A stretch of 63,932 bases of DNA, filler included, from Chrysochromulina tobinii (Eukaryota): assembly GCA_001275005.1 (NCBI GenBank). It is 8 parts of 8 records of this genome, joined end to end, with 100 filler letters (N's around TTAATTAATTAA, not from the genome) between each part and the next. Parts side by side here need not be neighbours in the genome. Positions count along the whole stretch, not along the records: positions 34,299 to 41,272 come from JWZX01000227.1; positions 41,373 to 48,443 come from JWZX01000229.1; 6 more parts are not named here. One strand, 5' to 3'. Numbering within the stretch: position 1 is the stretch's first letter; the number at the start of each line of letters is the position of its first letter. Position numbers and translations under genes: made by a program. The notes beneath the pieces were generated by a model that saw nothing but the letters and a program-made list of their open reading frames with translations, searched no databases and was not told where the DNA came from. Below, piece after piece: positions 36,148 through 48,351 of the stretch.

Positions 36148-38091
36148 ATGCCTGCTCACTTTCAGGACGGCAATTGGATCCTGCATGAAAAGCCCGCCGC
36201 ATGGAACGACACGAGCGCTCCTGGCAACCGCGTCCGAATCAACTGCACTGCAACTCTGCGAGGCTGCAGCAGTCCAAAGTTGGAGACTCACCCATCCGCG
36301 ACAATCACGGGACAGAACTACGCCAAAAATTGCGTCTTTGTCGCCGCGGATGGCGGCGGCTTTTTTGGTGCTGGTCGACGATATTGTGTGCATCGGGAGC
36401 TCTTGGTGCCGCTCCCGAGGATGACGCTCGGTTCGCTCTTTAGGAGTGGAGGAAGAGAAGGTGGCGGCGCATTGAGGCCGTCGCATGCCGGCAAGGTTCT
36501 GCGCTCATGGGTCGACGGCACTTTTATTCCGAGCTATGTGCAGCCGGAATCGTGGGGGAGGGAGGAACAACTGCTGCTTGGCCAGCCAGGGCCGTCGAGC
36601 CGACGTGCACCGGTGCTGCCTTCGCTCTTCCTGCCTGGGTTCCCCAAGTCGGCCACGACGTGGCTGTACACGTGCCTGGGCAATGCATTCACGCCAGTGC
36701 GCATGGGCTGTGGCGCAGACTCCTCGGGATGGAACGCGAGTGCCTGCCCACGCCGCTTCCTGCTCTCCCCTGTCGGAGCTTCGCGTTGGAAAGGCGGCGT
36801 ACTCCTCATCGAATCGCTCAAGGAAACCTTCTTCTTCGGAGGCAATAAGATGCGACGCTACCGGGAAGACCTGGGCACGCTGCACGGGCCCGATCCGGTG
36901 CACGGCGCGCCGCCGGGTGAGCCGTCGCTCTGGCCGTGGGAGAGCCGCCAGCAACGCGCGCGCTACTGGGGCATTCCAGCAGTGGACGTGGCGGTCGGAC
37001 GACGCAAGAAGCGAAGCGGCACGCACGATCTAGTGGTGGATCGGCACAATGGCGTGCTGATGGAGAGGTTGGAGGCGCTGTGTTCGGGCAGCGAGCCGCC
37101 GTGCTCGAGCGCCGGATATGTCGCCGGCGCGCATGCTCGGACACGTGGGCCACGCGAGAGCGAGCTCGTCGCGAGCCAGGCGCTCAGCGCGCGTCTGGGC
37201 TTGCATCGGCCGCTGAGCGAGTGCATCCACGCAGCGTGCCATCGAACCGTACGCGGCGTCTCGTCGACGTTTCATTCGCAGTGCGAGTGGGAGGACAAGT
37301 TGGTAGGCCAACGGCTCAAGCGAAACGACTCGTACTGCCTCATGTCCCTACTGCCGTGGGCCTCGCACGCACATGAGTTCGAGGCGGTCGTGGCGGATTT
37401 TACTCCCAATTACCTGTGCGACCCGGACGCGCTGCTGCGGCTGCACAGGATGTCGTCACGCCCCGAGGCGCTGAGGTTCCTCGTGCTCATGCGAGAGCCC
37501 ACCACGCGCGCCTTCTCCGAATGGTCGATGTTTGCCATGCAGTGGGGCTGGGACGGGATTGGGCAGTTTGGCCCCTCGTTCGCGATGCGTGTGAAGCAGC
37601 TGCACGACTGCAACGCGACGCTCTTTCGCAACATCAGCCTGCTCCGGGCGCTGCCCACGTCGGAGCTTGCCGACTATCTGCGCCAGTGCTGGAACTATGG
37701 CGGCTCGATGATGTACGCGACCAACTCGCTGTACGCGGTCTGCGTGCTGCACGCGCTGCGCCTCTTCCCGCGCGAGCAGTTCCTCTTCTTGAGGTACGAG
37801 GACCTGATGGCCATGGACGTCTCGTCACTGCTCAAGCTCATCGGTCGCTTTTCGGGCCTCTACGCCGGCGACGACCTCGTCGCCGCGTCGCGCGCCGACG
37901 GCCATTGCAACCCGCGCGGCAAGAAGCGCGCGAAGAGCACGTACGCGACGCTCTCGCCCTCGGAGAAGGTATTGTACAATCGCTCCAAGGCGCACCTCGC
38001 TACGGAGCGGCGCACGTACCGCGACTTTTTTGCGCCGTACAATGAGCTGCTCGCCGAGCTGGTGGGAGACACCTTTAGGTGGGAGGGCTAG
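36148..38091 (+). CDS. Sulfotransferase (heparan-sulfate/N-sulfotransferase-like fold)
   Basis: 5'-PSB motif FLPGFPKSATTWLY, KETFFF, DFTPNY, 3'-PB motif LMREPTTRAFSEW, FPREQFLFLRYEDL, FFAPYNELL. Confidence 0.85.
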   Translation: MPAHFQDGNWILHEKPAAWNDTSAPGNRVRINCTATLRGCSSPKLETHPSATITGQNYAKNCVFVAADGGGFFGAGRRYCVHRELLVPLPRMTLGSLFRSGGREGGGALRPSHAGKVLRSWVDGTFIPSYVQPESWGREEQLLLGQPGPSSRRAPVLPSLFLPGFPKSATTWLYTCLGNAFTPVRMGCGADSSGWNASACPRRFLLSPVGASRWKGGVLLIESLKETFFFGGNKMRRYREDLGTLHGPDPVHGAPPGEPSLWPWESRQQRARYWGIPAVDVAVGRRKKRSGTHDLVVDRHNGVLMERLEALCSGSEPPCSSAGYVAGAHARTRGPRESELVASQALSARLGLHRPLSECIHAACHRTVRGVSSTFHSQCEWEDKLVGQRLKRNDSYCLMSLLPWASHAHEFEAVVADFTPNYLCDPDALLRLHRMSSRPEALRFLVLMREPTTRAFSEWSMFAMQWGWDGIGQFGPSFAMRVKQLHDCNATLFRNISLLRALPTSELADYLRQCWNYGGSMMYATNSLYAVCVLHALRLFPREQFLFLRYEDLMAMDVSSLLKLIGRFSGLYAGDDLVAASRADGHCNPRGKKRAKSTYATLSPSEKVLYNRSKAHLATERRTYRDFFAPYNELLAELVGDTFRWEG

Positions 38092-38133
38092 GAGCCTACT
38101 ACTGAGGTGGACTCGCCGCAGCATTGGCTAGCA

Positions 38134-39450
38134 TTAGGCCGAGCGGAGCCGAGTTACCACTTGCGAGCAGTTACTCGGAGTGATTAGCGTTTTTCGTTGC
38201 CCAGTTCCGACCCCCTCTTTAAAAAAGTTAATTAAAAAGTGAACGAACGTAATACGAACACCCGTTCGCGCTCTGACACCCCTCACGCAGGTCTCGCTCA
38301 CACGTACTGCCGCGGCTGCAGACTCGGCTCCCCCTGCGCCATCCATCTCAGCTCGTTGTCGGCGTCGCCCTCCATGGCCCTCTCGCATCTTCAAGAAGCG
38401 CGCCGCCGTCCGTGCGAGCACGGCGTGCACCGCAGCCGGTTCCATGGGGCCCGCGGCCGGGACGACGGCCGAGAGCGGGCGCATCACCCACGGCGGTGCC
38501 CACAGGGCGGCGTCGACAAAGTTGCCGTGGAAGCACCCGTCGATGTGGTACGTCGTGCCGCAGACGACCCCCGCCCGATCGTATTCATCGCTTGTGAACG
38601 AGAGCACTGGGCACTCGAGGCTGCCGCCACGGCACGCGTCCCGGGAGAGCTCCGACGAGCCCATCCCCAGAGCGGGGTCGTGCAGGAGCACGCCCGCAGG
38701 CCGAGCGGTGCTCGGCGCCATCGCGGCGGCCAGCAGCGCGGCCGGTCCCCCGTACGAATGCCCTCCCAGGCACACTCTGGTCGCATCCAGAGGGGGTAGG
38801 CGGGTGCCGAGGGCGCCTGGCTTGGCGGCAGCGAGGAGATCTCGCACGCGGCATCGGAGCTGCTCGATGCTGCTCAGACGGTTGGGAGCAAAGGGCATCT
38901 CTGAGCCATCGGCCGCACGGGTGAATGAGGCCGTCCCGTCTCGATGCTCCAAAGCTGCAACGACAACACCCTGCGAGGCGATCTCGCGCATGAGATACGA
39001 GCCCATGTCCATGTTGCCACCAAAGCCATGGGAATACACGAGCAGCGGCAACGCGGTTCCTTGAGAAATGGGCGGCGCGTCCTTGAGGCATCCGGACCAA
39101 GCATCAGCAAGGTGAGCGAGTAGGAAGGAAAGGCCAAGTTGCTTGAAGCCGACCAATCCGGCCATGCTGTCCGATGATTGTCTGCCATCGGTACAATACG
39201 GCGCTTCCTCGAGGCCCACCACGGGCTCGCACGGGTAAAAGACTTTTGCGCGACAACAGCCAGGTACCTCGACGATCTGAACGCCGATGCTTTCGTACGG
39301 GCCCGTGAGGGCGGGCATCCGCGGTTGCCCTATCACTGCAAGCGCTGCACCAGTACGGAAAGCCGCAGCAACGGGAACCGCGACTCGGACGGCGAGAGGC
39401 AGCGAACATAGAGAGCGCATCACATCGGCGCGCGTCATGTCCCAGGTCAT
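38134..39450 (-). CDS. Platelet-activating-factor acetylhydrolase-like alpha/beta hydrolase
   Basis: PLLVYSHGFGG, IASQGVVVAALEHRDGTA, nucleophile GHSYG, HGNFVD. Confidence 0.85.
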   Translation of the reverse strand: MTWDMTRADVMRSLCSLPLAVRVAVPVAAAFRTGAALAVIGQPRMPALTGPYESIGVQIVEVPGCCRAKVFYPCEPVVGLEEAPYCTDGRQSSDSMAGLVGFKQLGLSFLLAHLADAWSGCLKDAPPISQGTALPLLVYSHGFGGNMDMGSYLMREIASQGVVVAALEHRDGTASFTRAADGSEMPFAPNRLSSIEQLRCRVRDLLAAAKPGALGTRLPPLDATRVCLGGHSYGGPAALLAAAMAPSTARPAGVLLHDPALGMGSSELSRDACRGGSLECPVLSFTSDEYDRAGVVCGTTYHIDGCFHGNFVDAALWAPPWVMRPLSAVVPAAGPMEPAAVHAVLARTAARFLKMREGHGGRRRQRAEMDGAGGAESAAAAVRVSETCVRGVRARTGVRITFVHFLINFFKEGVGTGQRKTLITPSNCSQVVTRLRSA

Positions 39451-40286
39451 GTCGCGGCTCGCGAAGAGTTGCGACGAGTGGCCGGGGGGCGCAACCCGAG
39501 TGTGCGCGATGTGCGCAAGGAACCCTTCGGTTTGCGGAATTACAAATGTACTAGACGAGCCCCGCGGCGCAAAGCGCCGCGGCGGTGAACTTAAGTCTCT
39601 ACACGCATCATGATAGGTTCCTAGAACAGACACAGTCACATTATCATGACACAGTCACAGGATTTTTGTTCCTGTTCGCTTACATGTAGAACATGTCCAC
39701 AGGAATCAGGATAGACAGATCCTCATGTGAATAGCACGGACGCTCAGTAGACATTACGGCTTAACGCCACGAAGGTTTCATTGGACACGGCGATTTGCCT
39801 CTTGTGCATGAAAACAGTGTAAGGTAAGCCCGCCCCTGCACTACATGTAACGGGGAAGCAGATCCGCCCAGAGGAGCTGAGCTGCATCAAAAGCATGTGA
39901 ATGCCGAATGGCGAAGAGCCCAGCTCAGCCTGCGGCTACCTTCCTGCGGCGCCTTGGACACTCGGGTCCGTCTATGTAAATGCCCGTGTCGGCCGTGTGT
40001 CGAGGTCGCAGCGTCCCCTCTACCCCTGCGCCCTGGTTTGCCTCCCGAAAGAAGCAGCAGCGCTTCGCTGGCCCCCTTCGAGCCAATCGCCACACAACGG
40101 CAAGGCATCTGACTCGTCCATCGTGCCTCGCTGCCAAGTCGTGTCCAGCTCCCACCCAGCACGCCCTGCCGGTTAGCCACGTCTAGCCACGTCGCCATTC
40201 CGCACATGCAAAAACCGAAAAAGGTTTTACACGCATACACAACACAATATTTAGGCCAGCCAGTGCCAGGTAAGTAGGCCTCAGGA

Positions 40287-40716
40287 GTTGAGTTTGTTCG
40301 CGTTGGACCCAGCAAATACGGCTCGTAGCTGTCGTGCCTGCTGCCATTCAGATGACCGGGTGGTTCCACACCAACCGCATTGGACTTTCACCCGCAGCGA
40401 TGGCCGGCATGCAGCTCGGCGTCCAGATGCTCGCAAGCTTCAATGGAGCCGTACGCATGCCGACCACAACGCAGGGTCAGACACTATGCAGCAGAATGCA
40501 GCTCCAAGCCGGTTGAGTTTGTTCGCGTTGGACCCAGCGAATACGGCTCGTGGCTGTCGTGCCTGCTGCCATTCAGATGACCAGGTGGTGCCACACCAAC
40601 CGCATTGGACTTTCACCTGCAGCGATGGCTGGCATGCAGCTCGGCGTCCAGATGCCCGCAGGGATCGATGGAGCCGTACGCATGCCGACCACAACGCAGG
40701 GTCAGACACTGTGCAG
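40287..40716. repeat. Tandem duplication with ~225-bp period
   Basis: GTTGAGTTTGTTCGCGTTGGACCCAGC... starts at 40287 and again at 40512; the copies are highly similar. Confidence 0.85.
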
Positions 40717-41372
40717 CTGTTGCAGCGCCAAGCCGGCCACCTGAACCACAGCAAAGCCGCTAGCCGATGCGTGATCAGGAAGAACAAGGCCATCCAGAAC
40801 AAGCCGTTGAATACTTTGCGAGCCTGGTCTGTGCTCTTACCGCTGCCTCGGCGTCTGCACGACAGTGCTGGGGTTGGGCGCGCAGCACTTTCCGTCGCCC
40901 CTTGCTCGCCAGCGAGTCGGCAGCGCGCCGAGCATGTTGCTCCGCTGTGCAGTCCCTGCTTGCCTCGCACGGCATTGCCTCTCAGCAGCCACCATCGGAG
41001 CACCGCCGAGCACGGAGCATCCGTACTGAAGAAGGCCGTCGAAGAGCACGCTGCCGCTCCACTTGACCAGCCACTTGTCCTGCGCCGCGTGCCACTCATC
41101 ATCGTCCAGATGATCGGCTGACGCTGGAGGGTCGTTCGCCGCCACGGCCGCCAGCACGCGCGCCTCATCCAAGCGCCGCTTGGGCATCGCGCGCTCGAGC
41201 CAACGCGGTCTTTGGCGGCCACTCGCCCTCGATGACGTGCGTTGATAGCCATGCCGCTCGACGAGGAGTTTTNNNNNNNNNNNNNNNNNNNNNNNNNNNN
41301 NNNNNNNNNNNNNNNNTTAATTAATTAANNNNNNNNNNNNNNNNNNNNNNNNNNNNNNNNNNNNNNNNNNNN

Positions 41373-42436
41373 TCGACGATGTCGAGCATGGTCTCGAGCG
41401 CAGCCTTCTCGATCGTGCCCTTGACCTTCTTCTCGGACGTCATGTGCTTGAGCACCTTGAGCAGCTTCATCTTCTCGAAGAACTCGTCGCGTGTGATCAT
41501 GCCGTCCTCGCGCACGTCGAGGTACGCGAGCACCGAGCGCACATTGTTCTGGCGGAGGTCGCCCGAGCCACGGTTGATGAGCGCGTTGCAGCACTCTCTC
41601 TGCGCCTCGCGCACCTGCGCGACGGTGCACCCGCGCGAGCCGATCTTCATGCTGTTGTCCTTCTCGGCCTGCGCCTCCTTCTTCTTGTTGGGCACGAGCG
41701 CCGCGAACTGGATGATATCCTGGCACAGCAGCACCTGCGACAGCTCGAGGAAGCCAATCTCGTCGTCATTGTTCAGGTCCGCAAAGTCGCACAGGCACCA
41801 GAGTGTGCGGTCGTTGATGAACCACGGGCAGTGCGCCTCCTCCATGAAGAAGCGCTTGAGCTCCTCCGCCGTGAGCGACCCCTTGTGGTCGTCATCGATC
41901 CTGCGGAACCCGTCGGTCAGGCCGCGCTTCGAGAGCATCTCGACACGCTGCTTCATGTACTCGAACGCGAGCTTGAGTTCATCCATCGAGACTCCGTACT
42001 CCTTCTCGAGCATGACCGAGGCGCGCTCCTTGGCCTCGACCGCCGCGAGGCGCTCGAGGAAGTCCGCCGTCGGCCGCCCCGTCTCCGCAAGCATCTGCAG
42101 ATCCTGCGCCAGCTGGCGCCACTGCACCATCGCCGAGGGCTCGCCGTTTTGCAGCGGCACGCGCGTGAGGTACGGCTCGCAGACCTCGTTGAACTCGGCC
42201 TGAGTCATCGCAAGCTCGACCCACTGGTTGCCGAACGCGTTGCACAGCGCGCGGCGCATCGTCGCGAGGTCGAAGAAGCCCTTCTTCATGCGGTCGAAGC
42301 CGCCCATCAGGTTGCGCACGTCCAGGCGGCGTTTGTTGATGAAGAAGCACATGCGGTCCCAGATGGGCTCGCCCTCGCCCAGGCCCTCCGTGTCGAAGAC
42401 ACCCATGTCGCCGGGAAGCGTCGTGTCGATGCCCAT
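41373..42436 (-). CDS. Multi-EF-hand calcium-binding protein, 3'-truncated
   Basis: Loops FDRMKKGFFD, IDDDHKGSLTAEEL, ADLNNDDEIGFLEL, LDVREDGMITRDEF. Confidence 0.88.
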
Positions 42437-42777
42437 GGCTGCCGGGTGCGCGATGAGAGTGCCTTGACGCTTTTGGGGCTTGAGAGAAAACAAGTTGAGC
42501 CAATTTCATCGAAGTTGTTACACACGGCGCACCGATCTGGATTGCATGCATCCTGCAGTTTCAGGTCCGCTCATGTGAAAGGCAAATCACCTTCACGTAT
42601 TGCGTTCAATGTCATCATTTTGCATTTACAGACGCTGCCCCCAACTCTCTACAGTAATGTGATTGCTCTCGGCGTGGCGGGGACCACGGGAAGAGGGTAA
42701 TCACCAGAGCGACCCTCCAGCGACGAGCCGGCGACGGTCGCGCGGCCGTGGCTCCTAGTCCGAGCCCTCTCCTCCTC

Positions 42778-44257
42778 CTAATCCTCCTCCTCGTCCTCCT
42801 CCTCGTCGTCCGCGCCACGGCCCGAGCCGCGGAGTCGCTTCGAGCGACGCCGCGACGATCGCACGAATTCGTCCGAATCCCTTGGGACCCAGTTGAGGCT
42901 GCCGTCCGCGTCCAGCTTGACCTGGTAAGGCGCCACAAGGCCCGGCGGCATCGTCTCATCGCGGTACATGAGCGTCAGGACCGTACCCGTCGACCAGTCG
43001 CCCGGCCCTGTCTTGCACTCAACGGATGCGCCGATGCCAAAGCGCAACGCCTCACGCTTCTGCTGGAGGACCTCGGGCGTCTGCAGGCAGCCGTTGAAGC
43101 CCGCCGCGAGCTCGTTAGCATCGAGGTCTTTGCCGATGAAGACGAGCTTCGACTCTCGTCGCTCACCCTCGGCCCACGGATCCTCAAAGGTGCCCTGATG
43201 AGGGAGGCAATCATATGAGGGGAGGCAATCAGAGGTACTCAGAGGTACTCAGAGGTACTCAGAGGTACTCGCACACGAGGATCCCCACAGGCCCTCGCCC
43301 GCGTACCTCCATGATCATATGCACCGCGTGGAAGACAAACCGCTGCTCAGCATGCGCGATCGCGAGCACGCCCTTCATTCGGAAAATGTCTTCGCCACGC
43401 TGCTCAAGGAGCTGACCGATCCATGCTTGCACGAGCTCAAGGTCGAGCTCGCCGAGCTGGACCTTGCGCAGGTGGCGCGCGGCGCTTTGGTCGAGGCTCA
43501 CGCTCTTGATGCGCGCGTCGTGCACGGTCGGCGCCTTGCGAGGGTCCAAAAAGTTTGGGTCTGCCTCGAGGGTACGTTTGAGATCGAAGCCGTGCAGCTG
43601 GAGAACGGAGTCTACGGAGACGTTGGAATGTGAACAGCGCAGGATGGGCGCGAAGCCGTTGATGCCTCGCAGGCGCGCCTCGATGCGCTCAAGGTCGCGC
43701 TCCGTGACGAGATCCGTCTTGTTGAGCAGCAGCCGGTCGGCAAACACGACCTGCTGCTTCGCCTCACTGATCGCGCCCTCCGGCTTCTTCTCGTTCAGGC
43801 GCTTCTCAATGTGCTTCGCATCGACGAGCGTGACGACGCCGTCGATGCGCGCAAATTTCCGAATGATGGGATCCACGAGGAAGGTTTGCACGACGGGCGA
43901 CGGGTCCGCCATCCCCGTCGTCTCGATGATGATCCCGTCCAGGACGAGCTTTCCCGAGTCAATCCGACTGGCGAGCTTGTGCAGCACCTTGACCAGATCC
44001 GTGCGCACGGTGCAGCACATGCAGCCGTTGAGTACCTCGAAGATCTCCTCGCCGGTTTGGAATTTGGTGTTTTTCGCCAAGAGCTTGTCGTCGATCGCCA
44101 CCGCGCCAAACTCGTTTTCAATGATGGCAATCTTCTTCCCGTGCGTTGCGGTGAGAATGTGATTGAGGAGCGTGGTTTTGCCGCTTCCGAGGAAGCCGGT
44201 GAGCACCGTCACAGGTACTCGGTCGCACGCCACCTCCTCCTCGTCGCACGATGCCAT
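42778..44257 (-). CDS. CobW/COG0523 metal-binding GTPase with extra C-terminal domain; one intron at 43306-43195
   Basis: GFLGSGKTT, IIENEFG, GCMCC, IETTGMADP, LLNKTD, CobW_C motif FRMKG...FHAVH; in-frame splice to ESKLVFIGKDL. Confidence 0.92.
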
Positions 44258-45385
44258 GGGCGTCGCGCGCGAGACAGTCCAAGTCCAGTTGTGAAGAAAA
44301 AGCACGTCGCCGTTCCCGAAGTTGCGAAGAAGTTGCCCGAAGCGCATGGAAGCGCCCAAGAGAGCGCTTTCCATACAGGGGTACATGTTTACATGAGACA
44401 GCGCCAGTTGGTGTCCTCCGTGTACCTTTCCCCCCGTGTATGGTGGGCAAGGAGCGAAACCTGATCTCCAAAAACACTTGAGGTTTTTGGACGAAACTCG
44501 AGCCAGGTGCCCCCGCCCGAGCAGGGCTCGACCCATTGAGTTCTACGATGGTACTCTAGCTCAAAACTTTCAGAATAGACCCGTGGACATCCCATGCTCA
44601 AGTTAACAAACCAGCCCCAAACCCTAACTTCGCATAAAGAAGCGAGCGCGGGAACCGCTACTTGACTGGAACCAGAAGTTGCGTTTCACTGTCTGCGTTG
44701 GCTCCGCGTCTCTATACCGTGTTGTCCATTCCCTGTAATACGTTCCCTTCCCCCTCGCGCCCCGGCGCCCGGGGGGGCCTTGCCACGCAGTGCAGGTCAT
44801 TTCGTGTTTCTGTTTGAAGATTAAGCGCGGAAGAACGCGCTCGATCGTTTTCCTCTGAACGATAACCGGAAACCGCACCGGCGTGTACGTCCCGCGTCCG
44901 ACTTTCCCCAGGTTAACAATCCCCAGGGAGGTTATCTGAACATTATCCTATGATGAGCCTGCGAGCGGCCACGACCTCAAAGAGACACTCGACGTGACAC
45001 GACTCATGACCGGACCCTCTACACACTCGCACGCTCGAGCTCGACCATATTATGAATTATCACGGGTCTTCCGGTTGACGACATGCCTCACGTCAGTCGG
45101 CTAGTAATATGCGACCGTGCATGCAATGAAATACATACCGCGCTACCAGTCAAATCTTCAACAGAGAACAGACACCACTGCACGCGCAAAAGGGACGGTG
45201 CTATGGACGGTCCTGAGTCCAGTGGCATCGTCCAGCGGATACCACGGTCCGCGCGCCGTTCGCCCACATGTCGCCCCTTGAGTCTTGGCCGTGCGACCGG
45301 TAAGCCCAACGGGCTCGGACGAGCACGCACGCCATGGGCCCGAACAGAGCTGCGTCCCTCAGATCGTCGCCCCATACATCGCACC

Positions 45386-46642
45386 TCAGATCGTCCAGTG
45401 CACGGCGGCGCGCTGAGGTAGCTCCTCTAGCTCTACGGGTTCGGGGGAGGGGACGGGGGAGGGGACGGGGGAGGGCACGGGGACATGTGCCTGTGGGGAC
45501 TCGTGACGACCGAAGACTTTCGAATTGAAGCGCTCCCACTGGCGCTGCCGGTCGCTCAAGGGCAGCATGCGGCTCTCGGTGCGTGCGCGCTCCTTAGCCC
45601 GCATCTGTGCGCTGACGGTCCTGCGCGCGTCCTGTGGAATAGGGAGCCCGGGGCAGCCACCCGCCGCCGGGTCCTCGGACTCAAACGGGGCTGTCCAGTA
45701 GCCCATGATGTCCTCGAGGGGCAGCCCGCCCTTGGTGTACGTGCAGTTGTACTCTTGCCACGGTGGGTAAGGGACTTTGACGTACGTGCAAGGCGCAGAT
45801 GCACCAGGGCCGAGCACAGCCTCATAAAAGCCTCGCACCCAGCAGGGGTCGGTCGTGTTCACCGTCTTGGAGCAGTTGGCGAAAGCCTCGGGTGCAGCTT
45901 TCCTCACAGCGCCAAAGAAGGAGCCCGTGTGGCACGTGCCGTTGACGATCTTGTCCACGGAGTGCACGCGCCATGTGCAGTTGGGCGAGGGCTCAGGGTG
46001 CTCGTCGCAATCGCCGTACTCGAGTACGGAGTACCATAGGCCAGGGCTGTCCTTGGTGAGGAGCTTGTCGCCCGATCGCTTGGTCCAGCAGTCGTAATCT
46101 TTGAAGCACGGCTGCTGATTCTTCTCCTCAGACTCCGGCCCCCATTTGTTATACAGCGTTTCCAAGCCGACGGTGGCGTTGCAAGGGGCGGACGAAGGGG
46201 GATAAGGCGCAGCTGACGGTGCGTAGCCAATAGTGAGCTGCTCGGTCGCCTGCTCATGGGGCGCCGAGCAGTAGCAGCAGTAGCCGCCGGGGGTGCACGG
46301 GCGCCCCATGGGATCGGTTCCGTTCACGCTGCCAATATTGCACATCGCATATCCCGAGTACCTAGAGTCGACGTCGAGCGTCACCTTGTTCAAGACGTCG
46401 GTCGGATCGGTCGATTCAAGGTTTTTGCACTCGAAGGGCTTCTTGCTCGCCGGAATCGTCGGGTCCGCGCACGCCAGTGGCACACTGAGCACCTCAAACA
46501 TGTCGAAGAAAATGTCGCCAACAACGTCCGCTGCGTCTGTATTGCGCGGCACCGGCCCGAATCTGAGTGGGTTGACATGGTACATCGTCACTCGTGAATC
46601 TAGCGACGCCAGGCTGGGGTATCCCAGCATCATGTACAGCAT
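45386..46642 (-). CDS. Cys-rich hypothetical protein, possibly secreted
   Basis: ~418-aa ORF with many Cys/Trp residues and N-glycosylation sequons. Confidence 0.7.
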   Translation of the reverse strand: MLYMMLGYPSLASLDSRVTMYHVNPLRFGPVPRNTDAADVVGDIFFDMFEVLSVPLACADPTIPASKKPFECKNLESTDPTDVLNKVTLDVDSRYSGYAMCNIGSVNGTDPMGRPCTPGGYCCYCSAPHEQATEQLTIGYAPSAAPYPPSSAPCNATVGLETLYNKWGPESEEKNQQPCFKDYDCWTKRSGDKLLTKDSPGLWYSVLEYGDCDEHPEPSPNCTWRVHSVDKIVNGTCHTGSFFGAVRKAAPEAFANCSKTVNTTDPCWVRGFYEAVLGPGASAPCTYVKVPYPPWQEYNCTYTKGGLPLEDIMGYWTAPFESEDPAAGGCPGLPIPQDARRTVSAQMRAKERARTESRMLPLSDRQRQWERFNSKVFGRHESPQAHVPVPSPVPSPVPSPEPVELEELPQRAAVHWTI

Positions 46643-47003
46643 GTGACAGGCTGACGGTCCTCTGGTGGGTGGCGGCGAACGGGTGCTCCGTGGTCCGTCG
46701 TGTGGTCGGTTCTCGGCGTTCCCGAGCCCGTCGGCGAAAACTCCCCACACGCCAAAGCCGGTCCGAAGTCCCATGCCGGAAGTGCTCGCCCTGGCTTGTT
46801 ACTTCCGTCTGGACTGGTGCTGCACCCTCTGTGTGACCTGATCTTGGCTTATTAGATGGAAGAATCAGTCAAACTGACAAACTCATCGACGATGAGTTTT
46901 AATTGCTGACCATTTTGTGACCATTGTTGCTGACGTCAAGGAGTCCAGAGTTTCCTCTCAGTCCGAGCTCGTTTCAAGGAGACCCAGGTTCTATACGATA
47001 GTA

Positions 47004-47842
47004 CTATACCGCAGGAGTCGAACTTCGGCGGAGCTGCGGGCTTACATCGCGCGCCACTTGCTCATTGTTCGTCTCGGCGCTGCCGCATCTACTACTACTG
47101 CCTGCGGCGGCGGCGGCGGCAGCCGCGGCTGCGGCGGCTGCGGCGGCTGTAAGACTGCTCGCGCGCCGCTCCACGCCCGCGGTGAGCTCCGGAGGGGCTT
47201 CCTCTTCCTCCTCGTCCGAGTCGTCGTCCGGGCCCAGGCCGCCTGCGCCGCCCCCGTCGTTGTTCTCATCGTACATCGAGAGCAGACTCTGCGTCATGTC
47301 GCGGTTGGTCTGCATCCGCTGCGTCTGCAGCCGCGCCCACCCGCCGTCCTCCTCCTCGTCATAGTACTCGTCCTCGTCCTCCTCCTCGTCCTCCTCCTCA
47401 TCGGGCGCGGAGGCGGCGGCACGCCGCCGGTCGCTCGCCTTCGTTCCTTCTTCTTGCCCTTGCGCTTCTTCTTCTTTACAGTGCCGCCCGCCGCGCCAGC
47501 CGCCGCTCCAGCCGCCGCGCCAGCCGCTGCGCCAGCCGCTGCGCCAGCCACCGCCCCACCCTTGGCCTTTGACGCCTTGGAAGCGCCGGTCGCCTTGGCG
47601 CCTTTGGCCTTCGGCTTCTTGGGCTTCTTGGGCTGCGCTGCGGCGGCGGCCATCGCGGCGGAGGCCGCTGCGAGCAGCTCAGCTGCTGACGTCTCTCCTC
47701 GATGCGTGCGACGCGACTTAAGTCTGCTATTAGGCGAGTCGACGGGCGGTTTCGGCCCACCCCAAGAATTGTGCGGCGCTTTGTTCAGCACATCATTCTT
47801 CTCCAAGAGCGCGAGCGGATTGCTACCTTCCTGAGGCGGCAT
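47004..47842 (-). CDS. Low-complexity Lys-rich/acidic hypothetical protein with an apparent frameshift near 47445
   Basis: Frame of 47842 gives the Lys/Ala part; frame of 47004-47315 gives the DEEE..WARLQTQRM part. Confidence 0.45.
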
Positions 47843-48351
47843 GTCTCACCTCGTGTTGCAGCCTCGCCTCCCGGCCAAAGGACTCGCGCTCGGCCGGCTG
47901 GCAAAAAGACAGCCTTTGGAAGCGCGGCTCGCTCGATTTACAGTTACGAACTCCACTTTCCCACAGGAACGGCTTCACTCGTACAATAGTATCGCCGGTC
48001 CGCTCAAGTCACGTCAAGAAGGCAACTAGCAAGACCGCGACAAGGCGCTGCGGTCCCCCGCCGCGCCGCACCCGCCGTCGAGTTACATTCCTCTCCGGCC
48101 AATACTTAATTAAATACTTGTACAGTCGAGTTGGCAAGCGACGCCAGCCCCATTTGGAAACATGAGTCGTGTTCTCTCGCGACCTGGGCAGCACGCCCCC
48201 GATATTGTCGCAAAGCAGCACGCCCCCGATATTGTCGCAACGCGCTCACTCCAACCGGTACGCGTAACGTATCTCATGTCGCAACTTTTGGCTCAACTCG
48301 TTTTCCTGCCCCAAAAGCGCATCGGCCTCCCTCATCGCGCACCCGGCAGCC

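Noticed and set aside
47430..47460. Programmed frameshift in the Lys-rich gene
   Set aside because: No slippery site or structure is evident. An indel error or mutation in the AAG repeats is simpler.
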